DNA of 64,000 nucleotides from positions 204,766-268,765 of the forward strand of contig JAQURC010000001.1 in NCBI GenBank assembly GCA_028715785.1, given 5' to 3'. Shown one piece after another: positions 10,086 to 18,962 of the stretch. The first letter of the stretch is position 1; every line of letters begins with the position of its first letter. Origin of the DNA: Candidatus Omnitrophota bacterium (lineage in GTDB: Bacteria; Omnitrophota; Gorgyraeia; Gygaellales; Profunditerraquicolaceae). A program made the position numbers and the translations under genes. The notes beneath the pieces are model-generated. The model made no database searches, was not told where the DNA came from, and saw only the letters and a program-made list of their open reading frames with translations.

Positions 10086-11423
10086 ATGAAAAAAGACAAA
10101 AAAATAATATTATTAGGACTATCCGCAAAGCGCTTTTTTAGAAAAGTAAGAAGTAGATTAATCAGAAGGATTTATGATGGAGGTAGGGTATCTAAACAAA
10201 AAAGACATAAATATCATATTTCTTCAAGAAAACATTATGCAGAAATAAAAGCTTCAAAACATGGAGGATTAGAATCTATTACAATCAAAATTCCAAAGAA
10301 ATTTTGTTTTATTAAGGATCCCGTTGGTACAAGTAGATTTTTCGAGAGATTAAGAAAAAAATTTCATAAAGGTTTACCTCGCGATATTTTTATAGATCAT
10401 AAATCCACTGAAGAAATTGGCTTAGCTGCCTCTTTTTTATTCGATCAAATCATGAAAGAAGAAGCAAGGTTTTGGGCAGGGAGTAGAATCAAAATAAGGT
10501 TATCCGGAGTGATATCTGACTTTAAGCAAGTCAATAATTTCTTATTATCATTTGGAATTTTGAATGAGTTAGGTATTTCGCATAGGAATTTTGGTAACGA
10601 AAAAGTCGACGTTGACTATGCTGAGAAATATTATACTTTTAAAATGAGCGGTTCGAAAGCGAAACCTCAATTGGCAAGCTTTGCAAGTGTTGGCGTAGTA
10701 GAATATTTTAATACTTGTCTTGAATATAATGGATTCAAAATAGCGGATCCGGCAAGAATTTCACTTGTTGATAGAATGGGAGAGATTATTTGTAACGCAG
10801 AAGAGCACTGTGGGAATGAAAAAGGGGAATGGTTTGCTTTGGGGTGCTACAATAAAGAAACTCATAATTGTAGCTTTGCAATAATTAATTATGGAAAGAC
10901 AATTTATGAGACCTTATCTGATAAAGATTCCACTGCTTCTGATGTAATAGAGAATGTGCAAAAGATTATAGATAGCCATAGACCCTTTTGGCAGAAGATT
11001 TACGGTTTGATGTTTAAGAAAGAGCATGAAGAGCCTACTTGGAGTATTATGGCTCTACAGGATGGCATTAGTTCAAAAAGAACAAATACAGGAAGAGGAC
11101 GAACTAGAGGCCAAGGGATCATGGATGTTTTGAGTTTTATAGAATTGATTAAAGCCGGAAGCAATGGGGCTGAAATTTGCTTGCTATCCGGGCATTCGGC
11201 TGTTAAGATAGATTACAGTTATCCAATAATCGCTAAAGAGGTAGGGTCAGCAAAAGAAAAACGAAGGTTTATTACATTCAATAAGGAAAATGATTTAAAG
11301 ATTCCTCCTGACGGAGATAAGGTATTATTTTTTGACGATAAATTTCAAGGAACAATCTTTACTGGAAGTTTTAAGCTGGACAAAAAATATTTGGAAGAAA
11401 GGTTAAAGCAGGAAAATGGATAA
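10086..11423 (+). CDS. GHKL/histidine-kinase-like ATPase family protein (445 aa); RsbW-like N-box, no histidine kinase dimerisation/H-box seen
   Basis: N-box E-x3-N-A-x2-H in EIICNAEEHCG. Glycine-rich G-box-like segments QDGIS and GRGRTRGQGI. Basic N-terminus. Confidence 0.5.
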   Translation: MKKDKKIILLGLSAKRFFRKVRSRLIRRIYDGGRVSKQKRHKYHISSRKHYAEIKASKHGGLESITIKIPKKFCFIKDPVGTSRFFERLRKKFHKGLPRDIFIDHKSTEEIGLAASFLFDQIMKEEARFWAGSRIKIRLSGVISDFKQVNNFLLSFGILNELGISHRNFGNEKVDVDYAEKYYTFKMSGSKAKPQLASFASVGVVEYFNTCLEYNGFKIADPARISLVDRMGEIICNAEEHCGNEKGEWFALGCYNKETHNCSFAIINYGKTIYETLSDKDSTASDVIENVQKIIDSHRPFWQKIYGLMFKKEHEEPTWSIMALQDGISSKRTNTGRGRTRGQGIMDVLSFIELIKAGSNGAEICLLSGHSAVKIDYSYPIIAKEVGSAKEKRRFITFNKENDLKIPPDGDKVLFFDDKFQGTIFTGSFKLDKKYLEERLKQENG

Positions 11424-11763
11424 GTTAATTAATTTAGCTGATTTTCTCATAGGCAATGAAACTACTTTAGTTGGAAGGGATAATGGGGAAAATGTCTTTG
11501 ATAAGCTTGTTAAGGCAGGCTTAAGTTTCGTTGATCTTGAAAGTAAATTTGATAAAATAATCATTGGTATACCTGATAGAGTAGTCAGCATCAATAAATC
11601 TTTTTTTCTAGGTTTGTTTGAAACCGTCATTGAAAGATTAAAAAAGGGCGGTTTTTATGCAAAATATGATTTTGAAACAAGCGAGCATATTAAAAATAAA
11701 ATTGAAAGTCATGTAGATGCGGCCCTATTAAATGCAAGTCAAAAGGATATCTTAAATGCCTGA
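11416..11763 (+). CDS. small STAS-like protein resembling DUF4325 (115 aa)
   Basis: Pattern L-x-G-R-x-x-G…II-I-G-I-P-D-R-V-V-S-I-N-K-S-F-F-L-G-L-F matches the DUF4325 STAS-like consensus as I recall it. The start overlaps the GHKL gene by 8 nt. Confidence 0.45.
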   Translation: MDKLINLADFLIGNETTLVGRDNGENVFDKLVKAGLSFVDLESKFDKIIIGIPDRVVSINKSFFLGLFETVIERLKKGGFYAKYDFETSEHIKNKIESHVDAALLNASQKDILNA

Positions 11764-12346
11764 TCCTATTGTTAATTCTACAATAGCGCAAAATGCTGTT
11801 GCTGTTTCGGCTGCTGCTTTCAACCCTTCAGCTTTTTGGTCCATGTTGACTCTGGTATTCAACATAGTTCTTAGCATGTTTAATATTCTCTGGTTTCATA
11901 TTAAGCGATCAAACAAAAGAAAATATGAGCTGGAGTTTACATTTTATGAACTTTTAGTAATTAACTCTTCCAAAGATCTGATTGGGTTGTTATCAAAAAT
12001 GAAGAAAGAGTTAAACTCTTTAGCTCTTAAAGCCCGGGGCGGAATTAAAGCCGGATTTTCTAGGAAAGATGTAGAAGAACATATTGAGCACTTAGATCAA
12101 TTTATATTCGAATTACAGGTAAATACTATTCCACTGATTAAAGGATATTCAATGGATCTGGGAAGTAAAATTGATAAGTTAGTCGAAGATTGTCACGATC
12201 AAACGACAGATCTATTTAGCAAATTTGATCGTCAAACTATCCCCGTTGATTTAGAGAATAGGCTATATGGTAGCTTTTCAGTTCTGGAAACTCAATATCT
12301 TGAGCGTATATTTAAAAATATAAAAGAGTATTGTCCCCACTGTTAG
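11756..12346 (+). CDS. single-pass membrane protein with coiled C-terminal domain ending in CPHC (196 aa)
   Basis: Hydrophobic segment FWSMLTLVFNIVLSMFNILWF. Translationally coupled to the upstream gene by an ATGCCTGA overlap. Confidence 0.5.
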   Translation: MPDPIVNSTIAQNAVAVSAAAFNPSAFWSMLTLVFNIVLSMFNILWFHIKRSNKRKYELEFTFYELLVINSSKDLIGLLSKMKKELNSLALKARGGIKAGFSRKDVEEHIEHLDQFIFELQVNTIPLIKGYSMDLGSKIDKLVEDCHDQTTDLFSKFDRQTIPVDLENRLYGSFSVLETQYLERIFKNIKEYCPHC

Positions 12347-12520
12347 AAAATTACTTTGTATCCCAAGCTTGTATTCTAAATATGTTTTTTAAAGTTTCTT
12401 TTTGTCAAAGGCACTAATTGTACAAGTTATGCAAGCACTAAGTTAGCTTCTTCAAATAGTACTTTAATAATACTAAGTTCGGTTTCAAGCTCAATATCCC
12501 TGTTGCGAAATGCGTCATAT

Positions 12521-12536
12521 AGGGGGAGCCAATCTT
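12521..12536 (+). repeat. attR-like direct repeat of the tRNA-Asn 3' end
   Basis: AGGGGGAGCCA(A)TCTT is identical or near-identical to 5754-5769. Confidence 0.5.
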
Positions 12537-12573
12537 CAGAGGGGTTTATTTTTTTTAAGGTATAATTTAATCA

Positions 12574-13149
12574 ATGAAAACCAAGAACGTTTATATTATT
12601 GCCGGCCCAAATGGTTCCGGTAAAACCACGTTCGCAAATGAATTCTTGCCGGAATACGCAAAATGCCAGAATTTTGTCAATGCCGACCTTATTGCACAAG
12701 GCTTATCGCCTTTTTCTCCCCGGGCAGCAGCAATAAAAGCCGGTAGGCTCGTATTAGAGCAGATCCGTAGTTTGGCAGAAAAGAATGTTGATTTTGCATT
12801 CGAGACAACCTTATCTGGTAAATCTTACGTGCGATTGCTAACAAGCTTAAAAAATAAAGGCTACACAATAAATCTTTTCTTTCTTTGGATTCCCAACGCC
12901 GAGTTTGCTTTGGGTCGTATAAAAGACAGGGTAGCCAGTGGCGGACATGATGTACTCGCAGCAGACGTAAAACGAAGATTTAATAGAGGGATATATAATT
13001 TCTTCAAATATTATAAGCCTTTATCCGATACTTGGTTATTATTCAATAACGCAGACGCTATACCTCGCCTAATTGCCAGAGAGAAAGACGGGAAAACGGA
13101 TATTATTGATAAAGAAATGTATGAGAAAATAATAAAATTCACGAGGTGA
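12574..13149 (+). CDS. zeta-toxin-like / AAA_33 P-loop kinase family protein
   Basis: N-terminal P-loop YIIAGPNGSGKTT. Size and motif spacing fit the zeta toxin family. Confidence 0.6.
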   Translation: MKTKNVYIIAGPNGSGKTTFANEFLPEYAKCQNFVNADLIAQGLSPFSPRAAAIKAGRLVLEQIRSLAEKNVDFAFETTLSGKSYVRLLTSLKNKGYTINLFFLWIPNAEFALGRIKDRVASGGHDVLAADVKRRFNRGIYNFFKYYKPLSDTWLLFNNADAIPRLIAREKDGKTDIIDKEMYEKIIKFTR

Positions 13150-13154
13150 ATCTA

Positions 13155-13316
13155 ATGACAAAAAAGACATTACAGTTAAAAGCCATAAAAGCGCTCAAAG
13201 AAGCCGTGCGTAAAGTAGTAGAGGAGCATAAGCACAGCGGTCGGCGTCTTGTTGTGTGGCGTAATGGTAAATTAATGCGGATACCCGCTTCTCAAGTGTT
13301 GCGAAAAGCCAATTAA
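13155..13316 (+). CDS. unannotated 53-aa ORF directly downstream of the kinase (possible antitoxin/partner)
   Basis: ATG lies 6 nt after the kinase stop. Translation is MTKKTLQLKAIKALKEAVRKVVEEHKHSGRRLVVWRNGKLMRIPASQVLRKAN. Below the 60-aa cutoff of the ORF track. Confidence 0.35.
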   Translation: MTKKTLQLKAIKALKEAVRKVVEEHKHSGRRLVVWRNGKLMRIPASQVLRKAN

Positions 13317-13428
13317 ATTAATAAACGATTCGCCATCGCTGGCCGTTTTTTGAATTATTTAAGCCAGCTATAAGCTCTACAGAAAAGTTCGGTAATTTAC
13401 CCCTATCGGGGAGTTTGCTTCGGGAAAG

Positions 13429-13455
13429 CCGAGTATTTTTATACTCGGTTTTTTT
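13429..13455 (+). terminator. rho-independent terminator
   Basis: CCGAGTAT-TTTT-ATACTCGG followed by TTTTTTT. Confidence 0.6.
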
Positions 13456-13571
13456 ATTGCTAAACTCATCTTCTCCAAATATTTGTTGTATAACCTTTTG
13501 CTGGAGTTATAATTATATAAAATGTAGCGCTCTAAAAAACTGTGATGAGATAAACCAAAAACAAGAGAAAC

Positions 13572-13997
13572 ATGGCTTTTAAAGAGAAATTACAAACGGG
13601 GAAATTGGCTGCGGTTTTATCTATATTCCTTATCTTATTTGTTATAGCTTGGCCGCTTTTACATGGCGCCTCGGACGGGAAATTATACCAGTTTCTTGCT
13701 TACGTCATTGATAAGTCGCCTGAGTGCGCGTCTTGTCCGCCGCAGAACGTTTCAGTTTCTAACATAATGAATGCACGGAAAGAAGACCCCTCGGTATTGA
13801 CAATCACAGTGGGCTCTAGCCCGCATATCGGTAAGTTAGTCATAGGGGCGCAATACCGTTTTTATATTAAAATTTATCAAGCATCAAATTCCCTGGAACT
13901 TATTTATTATGAGGAAGCCAACAACCAGCAGCCTATGAATGATTATGCAGCCCAGAGAATCAGCTTTCCAGAGTTTCTCCGAAAATTAGGGAAATAG
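13572..13997 (+). CDS. hypothetical membrane-anchored/secreted protein
   Basis: N-terminal hydrophobic helix, no known motif. Confidence 0.4.
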   Translation: MAFKEKLQTGKLAAVLSIFLILFVIAWPLLHGASDGKLYQFLAYVIDKSPECASCPPQNVSVSNIMNARKEDPSVLTITVGSSPHIGKLVIGAQYRFYIKIYQASNSLELIYYEEANNQQPMNDYAAQRISFPEFLRKLGK

Positions 13998-14082
13998 GGA
14001 GCGGCCCTAGAATATATTACTTGTAATTCCGGGATTTGTGCTAAAATATAGCAAAGAAAAGCTGAATTACAAAGGAGGGAAT

Positions 14083-14421
14083 ATGGAAAAGCTTGCGGTA
14101 TTAATGGCGGTAATATGCCTGATTTTCAGTATCGGCGTATTAGGCTGTGGGCAGCAAAAAGCTTCTTCAGTCAGCGAAGTAATCAAGACGGCAGAAACAA
14201 TGCCGACAGTGAAAGCAAAAGTAGATTATCTTATTGGCCAGGCAAATGCTTTTTATAACTCCAAAGAATATCAGCAGGTAGTGGATATAGCTAATTACAT
14301 CTTATCTAAAGTAGATCGAAACTCCCAGGATGCCAGGAGCCTGTTAGAGAAAGCCAAAACTGCATTAAGCGCTGCCGCAAAGAATGCCGCCTCCGATGTT
14401 ACCAAAGGCCTGGGGTTTTAA
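14083..14421 (+). CDS. small lipoprotein
   Basis: RBS AAAGGAGGGA precedes the ATG. Signal peptide with lipobox LGC. Confidence 0.5.
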   Translation: MEKLAVLMAVICLIFSIGVLGCGQQKASSVSEVIKTAETMPTVKAKVDYLIGQANAFYNSKEYQQVVDIANYILSKVDRNSQDARSLLEKAKTALSAAAKNAASDVTKGLGF

Positions 14422-14574
14422 AGCATGGCCTACCTAAAACTTCAAGAGCAGTTTCAGAAGATTCCCGTTAACTTCTTAAGAATTCATGCGGTTATCCAAA
14501 TTATCATCGGAGTATCGATGGTTGTTTTAAAACGGCGGATATTATAAACCAGTAGTTGAACAAAAGGAGGAGAT

Positions 14575-14742
14575 ATGAAAATAGTAAAAATCATCTTGGC
14601 TATTTTGCTTCCCCCCGTGGCCGCGTTTATACAGGTAGGCCTGACGACTCACTTCTGGGTCAATGTAATACTTTGCCTTTTGTTCTATATTCCGGGGATA
14701 TTGCATGCCTTGTGGCTGGTTTTAACTGATAAGAAGAGTTAA
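14575..14742 (+). CDS. YqaE/Pmp3 family small membrane protein (55 aa)
   Basis: MKIVKIILAILLPPVAAF…YIPGILHALWLV matches the UPF0057 pattern. RBS AAGGAGGAG. Missed by the ORF track because it is under 60 aa. Confidence 0.7.
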   Translation: MKIVKIILAILLPPVAAFIQVGLTTHFWVNVILCLLFYIPGILHALWLVLTDKKS

Positions 14743-14779
14743 GCGCAGTTTATTATTATAAAAGTCAAAAGGAGGCAAG

Positions 14780-15406
14780 ATGAAGAATTATTTAGTTGAG
14801 TTTATCGGTACTTTTTTATTTCTTCTTGTTATCGGACTTTGTGTTATTGAACCGGGGAGTGCCGGAGCAATGGCGCCTTTAGCAATAGGCGCGATATTAA
14901 TGGTAATGGTCTATGCGGGCGGGCACATATCCGGGGGGCATTATAATCCCGCAGTTACCCTTGGCGTTTGGATGCGCGGTAAATGCAAGGCAAAGGACGT
15001 TCCTCTTTATATGCTCGCCCAAGTTTTAGGCGCATCTTTTGCTTCCTTGCTGGCCGTAAAAATAAAAGGCGACAGCTTAATCGTTGCGGCAGCACCTGAT
15101 ACCATTAATGCCTTGTTAGCAGAGTTCATTTTTACTTTTGCGCTGGTTTATGTCGTATTGAATACGGCAACTTCTAAGAAGACAGCGGGCAATTCATATT
15201 ACGGATTAGCGATAGGTTTTACTCTAATGACAGCCGCTTACGCGATAGGCAATATCTCCGGGTGCGCTATTAATCCGGCAGTGGCTATCGGGCTGACCGT
15301 GATGGGATTAAGCAGTTTAAGCAACCTCTGGATTTTTCTTGTGGCTAATTTTGCGGGTGGGGCCTTAGCCGCCGTTATTTTTAAGATTACAGAAGCGCAA
15401 GAATAA
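14780..15406 (+). CDS. MIP family channel (aquaporin)
   Basis: Two NPA motifs (HYNPAVT, INPAVA) and six-TM hydropathy. Confidence 0.85.
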   Translation: MKNYLVEFIGTFLFLLVIGLCVIEPGSAGAMAPLAIGAILMVMVYAGGHISGGHYNPAVTLGVWMRGKCKAKDVPLYMLAQVLGASFASLLAVKIKGDSLIVAAAPDTINALLAEFIFTFALVYVVLNTATSKKTAGNSYYGLAIGFTLMTAAYAIGNISGCAINPAVAIGLTVMGLSSLSNLWIFLVANFAGGALAAVIFKITEAQE

Positions 15407-15438
15407 CTGTGAAATTCGTTCATCAGGGAGGGGTTGAA

Positions 15439-15468
15439 ACGCCGGGTATTTTTTGCCCGGCGTTTTTG
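15439..15468 (+). terminator. rho-independent terminator after the aquaporin gene
   Basis: ACGCCGGG / CCCGGCGT stem followed by TTTTT. Confidence 0.6.
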
Positions 15469-15555
15469 TTTAAAATTCTCCATTAATCAGCAGTATGAGA
15501 AAAACAGTTGCTTTCTGCTTATCTTATGTTATAAAATGAAAAGAAAGGAGTTTAT

Positions 15556-16170
15556 ATGTGCCCCAAGATCAGAATATCGGTTCTGTCTCTATTGATTGTA
15601 GTTACAGCCTTGTCGCTGACAGGTTGTTGCGGGGTTTTCTCCTCGATGCCCTGGTGTCCGGATGTGCCGGAACCCACTGATGCAGAAATTGCGGCCAGGA
15701 TAGAAATTAAAAAGAACCGGGAGCTGGCAGAAGCGGCAGTTTCGGAAATTAAGGAAAAGTTTAAAGGGAAAGAAACAAAAACATCCTACGTTACTGCCAA
15801 GGACCTGTATATTAAAGCTATGAGCGAGAATAATGCCTGGCTGTCGGTACTTGCATCGAGCATAGAGAACAATGAGAATTTGGAAAAAGCGGATTCTTTT
15901 AAAAAACAGTCAAAGATAGCCGCTGATACTGCGGGATCCTTCCTGGCGTATGGAAGAGAGTTATTAATTAGCAAGCCCGGCGCGGAAAAAGCTGTTTTTG
16001 CAACAAAGAGCTTGGCGCTGGCGCCTATCGCTGACTTGATAACAGCGCTTGTGGCCAATGGGATAACTATTTGGAAAGCGAATATGGCTCAGAGAGCCCA
16101 GGCAAGAAGAGACCGGGCAGATAATATCAGGAAAGATTTAAGCTGGAAAACATGGAAACAGATCGAATAG
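15556..16170 (+). CDS. lipoprotein, function unknown
   Basis: Signal peptide with lipobox LTGC. Confidence 0.45.
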   Translation: MCPKIRISVLSLLIVVTALSLTGCCGVFSSMPWCPDVPEPTDAEIAARIEIKKNRELAEAAVSEIKEKFKGKETKTSYVTAKDLYIKAMSENNAWLSVLASSIENNENLEKADSFKKQSKIAADTAGSFLAYGRELLISKPGAEKAVFATKSLALAPIADLITALVANGITIWKANMAQRAQARRDRADNIRKDLSWKTWKQIE

Positions 16171-16234
16171 CGCCTGAAGTTTTCTGCTTTTGACGATATT
16201 GAAGAAGCCAAGGATTGGTTGGTAAAAATATAAT

Positions 16235-16729
16235 ATGCCAGATCCCCAGCGGTTTAAAAAAGCAGGCGGTTATCCGGTTATTTTCTGGTCAGTTTATAAG
16301 AAAAAACCCAAAATACTGTGCATTGTTTTATCTAAAAATTCTAAATCATTTCCAGGTTCCGCCGCTTCTTCCTGCCCGGAAATTAATGTTATTGGCGATC
16401 GGATTGAAAAATTTTTAAACGGAGAGGATGTCCATTTTCCTTTAAACATGCTGCGTCTTGACCTTTGTCCGGTTTTTCAGCGAAGGGTCCTTACCGCCGC
16501 ATATGATATTGCCCGCGGCAGAACCAGCACTTATCAACTTATTGCAAAGCAGCTGGGAAAACCTAATGCCGCCAGGGCCGTTGGGACGGCTTTAGCCGCT
16601 AATCCTTTTCCGTTATTTATCCCCTGTCATCGCGTTATCCGTTCCGACGGCTCACCGGGCGGTTATCTGGGCGGGCCGAAGATGAAACGAGTTTTATTAC
16701 GTAAGGAGGGTAGCTATGAAAAAAATTAG
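16235..16729 (+). CDS. ogt: methylated-DNA-protein-cysteine methyltransferase
   Basis: Active-site PCHRV motif and the C-terminal DNA-binding domain pattern. The true start may be internal. Confidence 0.75.
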   Translation: MPDPQRFKKAGGYPVIFWSVYKKKPKILCIVLSKNSKSFPGSAASSCPEINVIGDRIEKFLNGEDVHFPLNMLRLDLCPVFQRRVLTAAYDIARGRTSTYQLIAKQLGKPNAARAVGTALAANPFPLFIPCHRVIRSDGSPGGYLGGPKMKRVLLRKEGSYEKN

Positions 16730-17663
16730 GAACATATTGATTGTGGCTGTTATCTCCGTTTTTGCCATTGTCATCATTAGGGACCAGGTGATCAAGTCTG
16801 TAATAACGGTTACAGCCACGCAGGTTGTCGGGGCGCCGATCCATATAGACGGATTTTCTCTGGGGATTTTTAAGCAGTCGGTGAGAATATCCGGATTTAA
16901 AATATATAATCCTAAAGGATTTTCCAAGGGCATCCTTGTGGATTTGCCGAAGATCAATGTCCGTTGTGATTTAGGTTCTTTATTTAAGAATAAGCTGCAT
17001 TTGGTAAACGTCGAGGTTGAATTAAAAGAGATAGGCCTTGAGAAAAATAGCGAAGGGAGGTTAAATGTCGACGCCTTGAAAGTGGCAAAACAAGAGCGGG
17101 GCAAGGAGGATAAATCGTCCAAACAGATGCCGATGCGGCTGGATACGGTCAAGCTTGGGATCGGAAGGATTGTTTTAAAAGATTACAGCGCGCAAAAAGA
17201 CCCGGCCGTTAAAGTATACGATATAAATATAAATAAAACTTATAAAAATATTACCAGCGCCCAGCAGTTGGCCGCCCTGATACTGTCTGAGCCGATGAAA
17301 TCAGCCGGAATAGAGGGGGCTAAAATTTACGGAGCCGCGATGTTGGCCGGGGTGGCGGTTTTACCGGTAGCGGTGGCGGCAACCTTTATCGGACGAGACA
17401 GCGTCCAGCATGAATTTATTGCCGGTTTTGATAATGTGTTTGAAACAAGCTCGGTTGTTTTGAAAAAAATGGGCAGGCTTACTAAAGAAGATAAGCCAAA
17501 CGGTATCCTGGGGGCCGAAATTGACTCCGCCCAGGTAGCTTTAAAGATCAGGAAAAAACCCAATAATAAAACCGAAGTGGTAATCTCGGCGAGAAAATAT
17601 CTTCTGCCCAAACCGGAAATAGCAGGCGGGGTTCTTTATAAAATTTCCGAAAAAATAAAATAA
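16716..17663 (+). CDS. hypothetical N-terminally anchored protein
   Basis: N-terminal transmembrane helix. No motif recognised. Confidence 0.4.
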   Translation: MKKIRNILIVAVISVFAIVIIRDQVIKSVITVTATQVVGAPIHIDGFSLGIFKQSVRISGFKIYNPKGFSKGILVDLPKINVRCDLGSLFKNKLHLVNVEVELKEIGLEKNSEGRLNVDALKVAKQERGKEDKSSKQMPMRLDTVKLGIGRIVLKDYSAQKDPAVKVYDININKTYKNITSAQQLAALILSEPMKSAGIEGAKIYGAAMLAGVAVLPVAVAATFIGRDSVQHEFIAGFDNVFETSSVVLKKMGRLTKEDKPNGILGAEIDSAQVALKIRKKPNNKTEVVISARKYLLPKPEIAGGVLYKISEKIK

Positions 17664-17728
17664 GCCGGGCATATATTTATTGAAAAAGAATACGGTATTG
17701 AGGTATAATAGTTTTAACAGGAGATTCT

Positions 17729-18571
17729 ATGCGCACGTTTATTTTGCTATTTCAATGCCATGACCGGAAAGGGATTGTTGCTAAGATCTCGGATTTTATT
17801 TTAAAGCACCAAGGCAATATCGTTACCGCCGATCAGCACAGCACCGACCCGCAGGGCGGGTATTTTTTTATCCGTGTCGAGTTCATTTTAGATCAAGACC
17901 AATATGCCAAAAAAGATTTAATTTCGGCATTTTCTCCTATCGGCAAAGAGTTTGGCGCGGATTGGAATTTTTATGATAAGTCCGAGAGCCTGCGTATGGG
18001 GATATTTGTATCCGAACCCGACCATTGCCTGGTAGACCTGCTGTATTTATGGAACGCCGGGGAATTAAGGGTCAAGATCCCTTTTGTTTTGAGCAATTAT
18101 GAAAAACACCGTAAAGCGGTAACCGGCTGCAATATCCCATTCTATTATGTGCCGGCCAATAAAGATAACCGCCGGGAATCAGAGCTGCTTGCTTACGCGG
18201 CTGGTTCTACGGATTTTTTGGTATTGGCCCGTTACATGCTGGTGCTTTCCCCGGATTTCCTGAAAAAATATAATCAGGATATAATTAATATCCACCACGG
18301 TTTCCTCCCTTTTTTTAAAGGCGCTGACCCTGCCGGCCGGGCGCTTGCTGAAGGGGTAAAGGTCATCGGTTCAACCGCGCATTTTGTAAGTAACCGGCTT
18401 GACGAAGGGCCGATCATCGCCCAGGAGGTTGAGCATGTGTCGCATAAAGACAACCGGGAAGAGCTGATCAGGAAAGGCAGGAATTTAGAGAAAAAGGCGC
18501 TGGCGGCAGCCGTCTCCAGCTATATCGATTACCGCATTATTAAACACGAAAATAAAACCATAGTTTTTTAA
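17729..18571 (+). CDS. purU: formyltetrahydrofolate deformylase
   Basis: ACT domain at the N-terminus, then a formyl-transferase domain with the NIHHGFLP motif. Confidence 0.85.
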   Translation: MRTFILLFQCHDRKGIVAKISDFILKHQGNIVTADQHSTDPQGGYFFIRVEFILDQDQYAKKDLISAFSPIGKEFGADWNFYDKSESLRMGIFVSEPDHCLVDLLYLWNAGELRVKIPFVLSNYEKHRKAVTGCNIPFYYVPANKDNRRESELLAYAAGSTDFLVLARYMLVLSPDFLKKYNQDIINIHHGFLPFFKGADPAGRALAEGVKVIGSTAHFVSNRLDEGPIIAQEVEHVSHKDNREELIRKGRNLEKKALAAAVSSYIDYRIIKHENKTIVF

Positions 18572-18587
18572 TAAAAGGAGGCAGGTT

Positions 18588-18962
18588 ATGGCAAAGTTAT
18601 ACGTAAAGGGTTTTGGGTTTGCCTGCGGTATTGTTGCAGCCGCTCTTACCCTGATAGTAGGCGTGCTAAAGATACTTTTTTATCTGGAATGCGGGTTGAA
18701 TAAGACTATGGCGATGATTTACCTGGACTACCACCCGACGCTCTTTAGCGTAATTTTAAACTCGGTCTGGGGTTTTATTTTCGCATCTTTGATCGGCAGC
18801 GCCATTGCCTGGCTCTATAACCGGATTATCGAGGAGAGCGGTAAAGAAATCCAAGAGAAGATAAAATTAGTCGCCCGCTCCATTTGGGAAAGTAAAGGCA
18901 AGCCGGAAGGCGGCTCGGCTGATGATTGGAGAGAGGCGGAAAAAAGGGTCAAAGGGTTTTGA
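18588..18962 (+). CDS. membrane protein with C-terminal DUF2934-like motif
   Basis: Two transmembrane helices. Tail motif DDWREAEKRV. Confidence 0.4.
   Translation: MAKLYVKGFGFACGIVAAALTLIVGVLKILFYLECGLNKTMAMIYLDYHPTLFSVILNSVWGFIFASLIGSAIAWLYNRIIEESGKEIQEKIKLVARSIWESKGKPEGGSADDWREAEKRVKGF

Larger units (their letters stand above)
5765..12536 (+). mobile_element. genomic island integrated at the tRNA-Asn 3' end (defense island; no integrase present)
   Basis: The 11-mer AGGGGGAGCCA plus TCTT at the tRNA 3' end (5754-5769) recurs at 12521-12536. The interval looks more AT-rich than the flanks. All its genes are accessory. Confidence 0.55.

Noticed and set aside
5765-13320. Integrase or recombinase gene for the tRNA-Asn island
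   Set aside because: None of the ORFs in or next to the island shows tyrosine-recombinase (R..H..R..Y) or serine-recombinase motifs. The island appears to lack an integrase.
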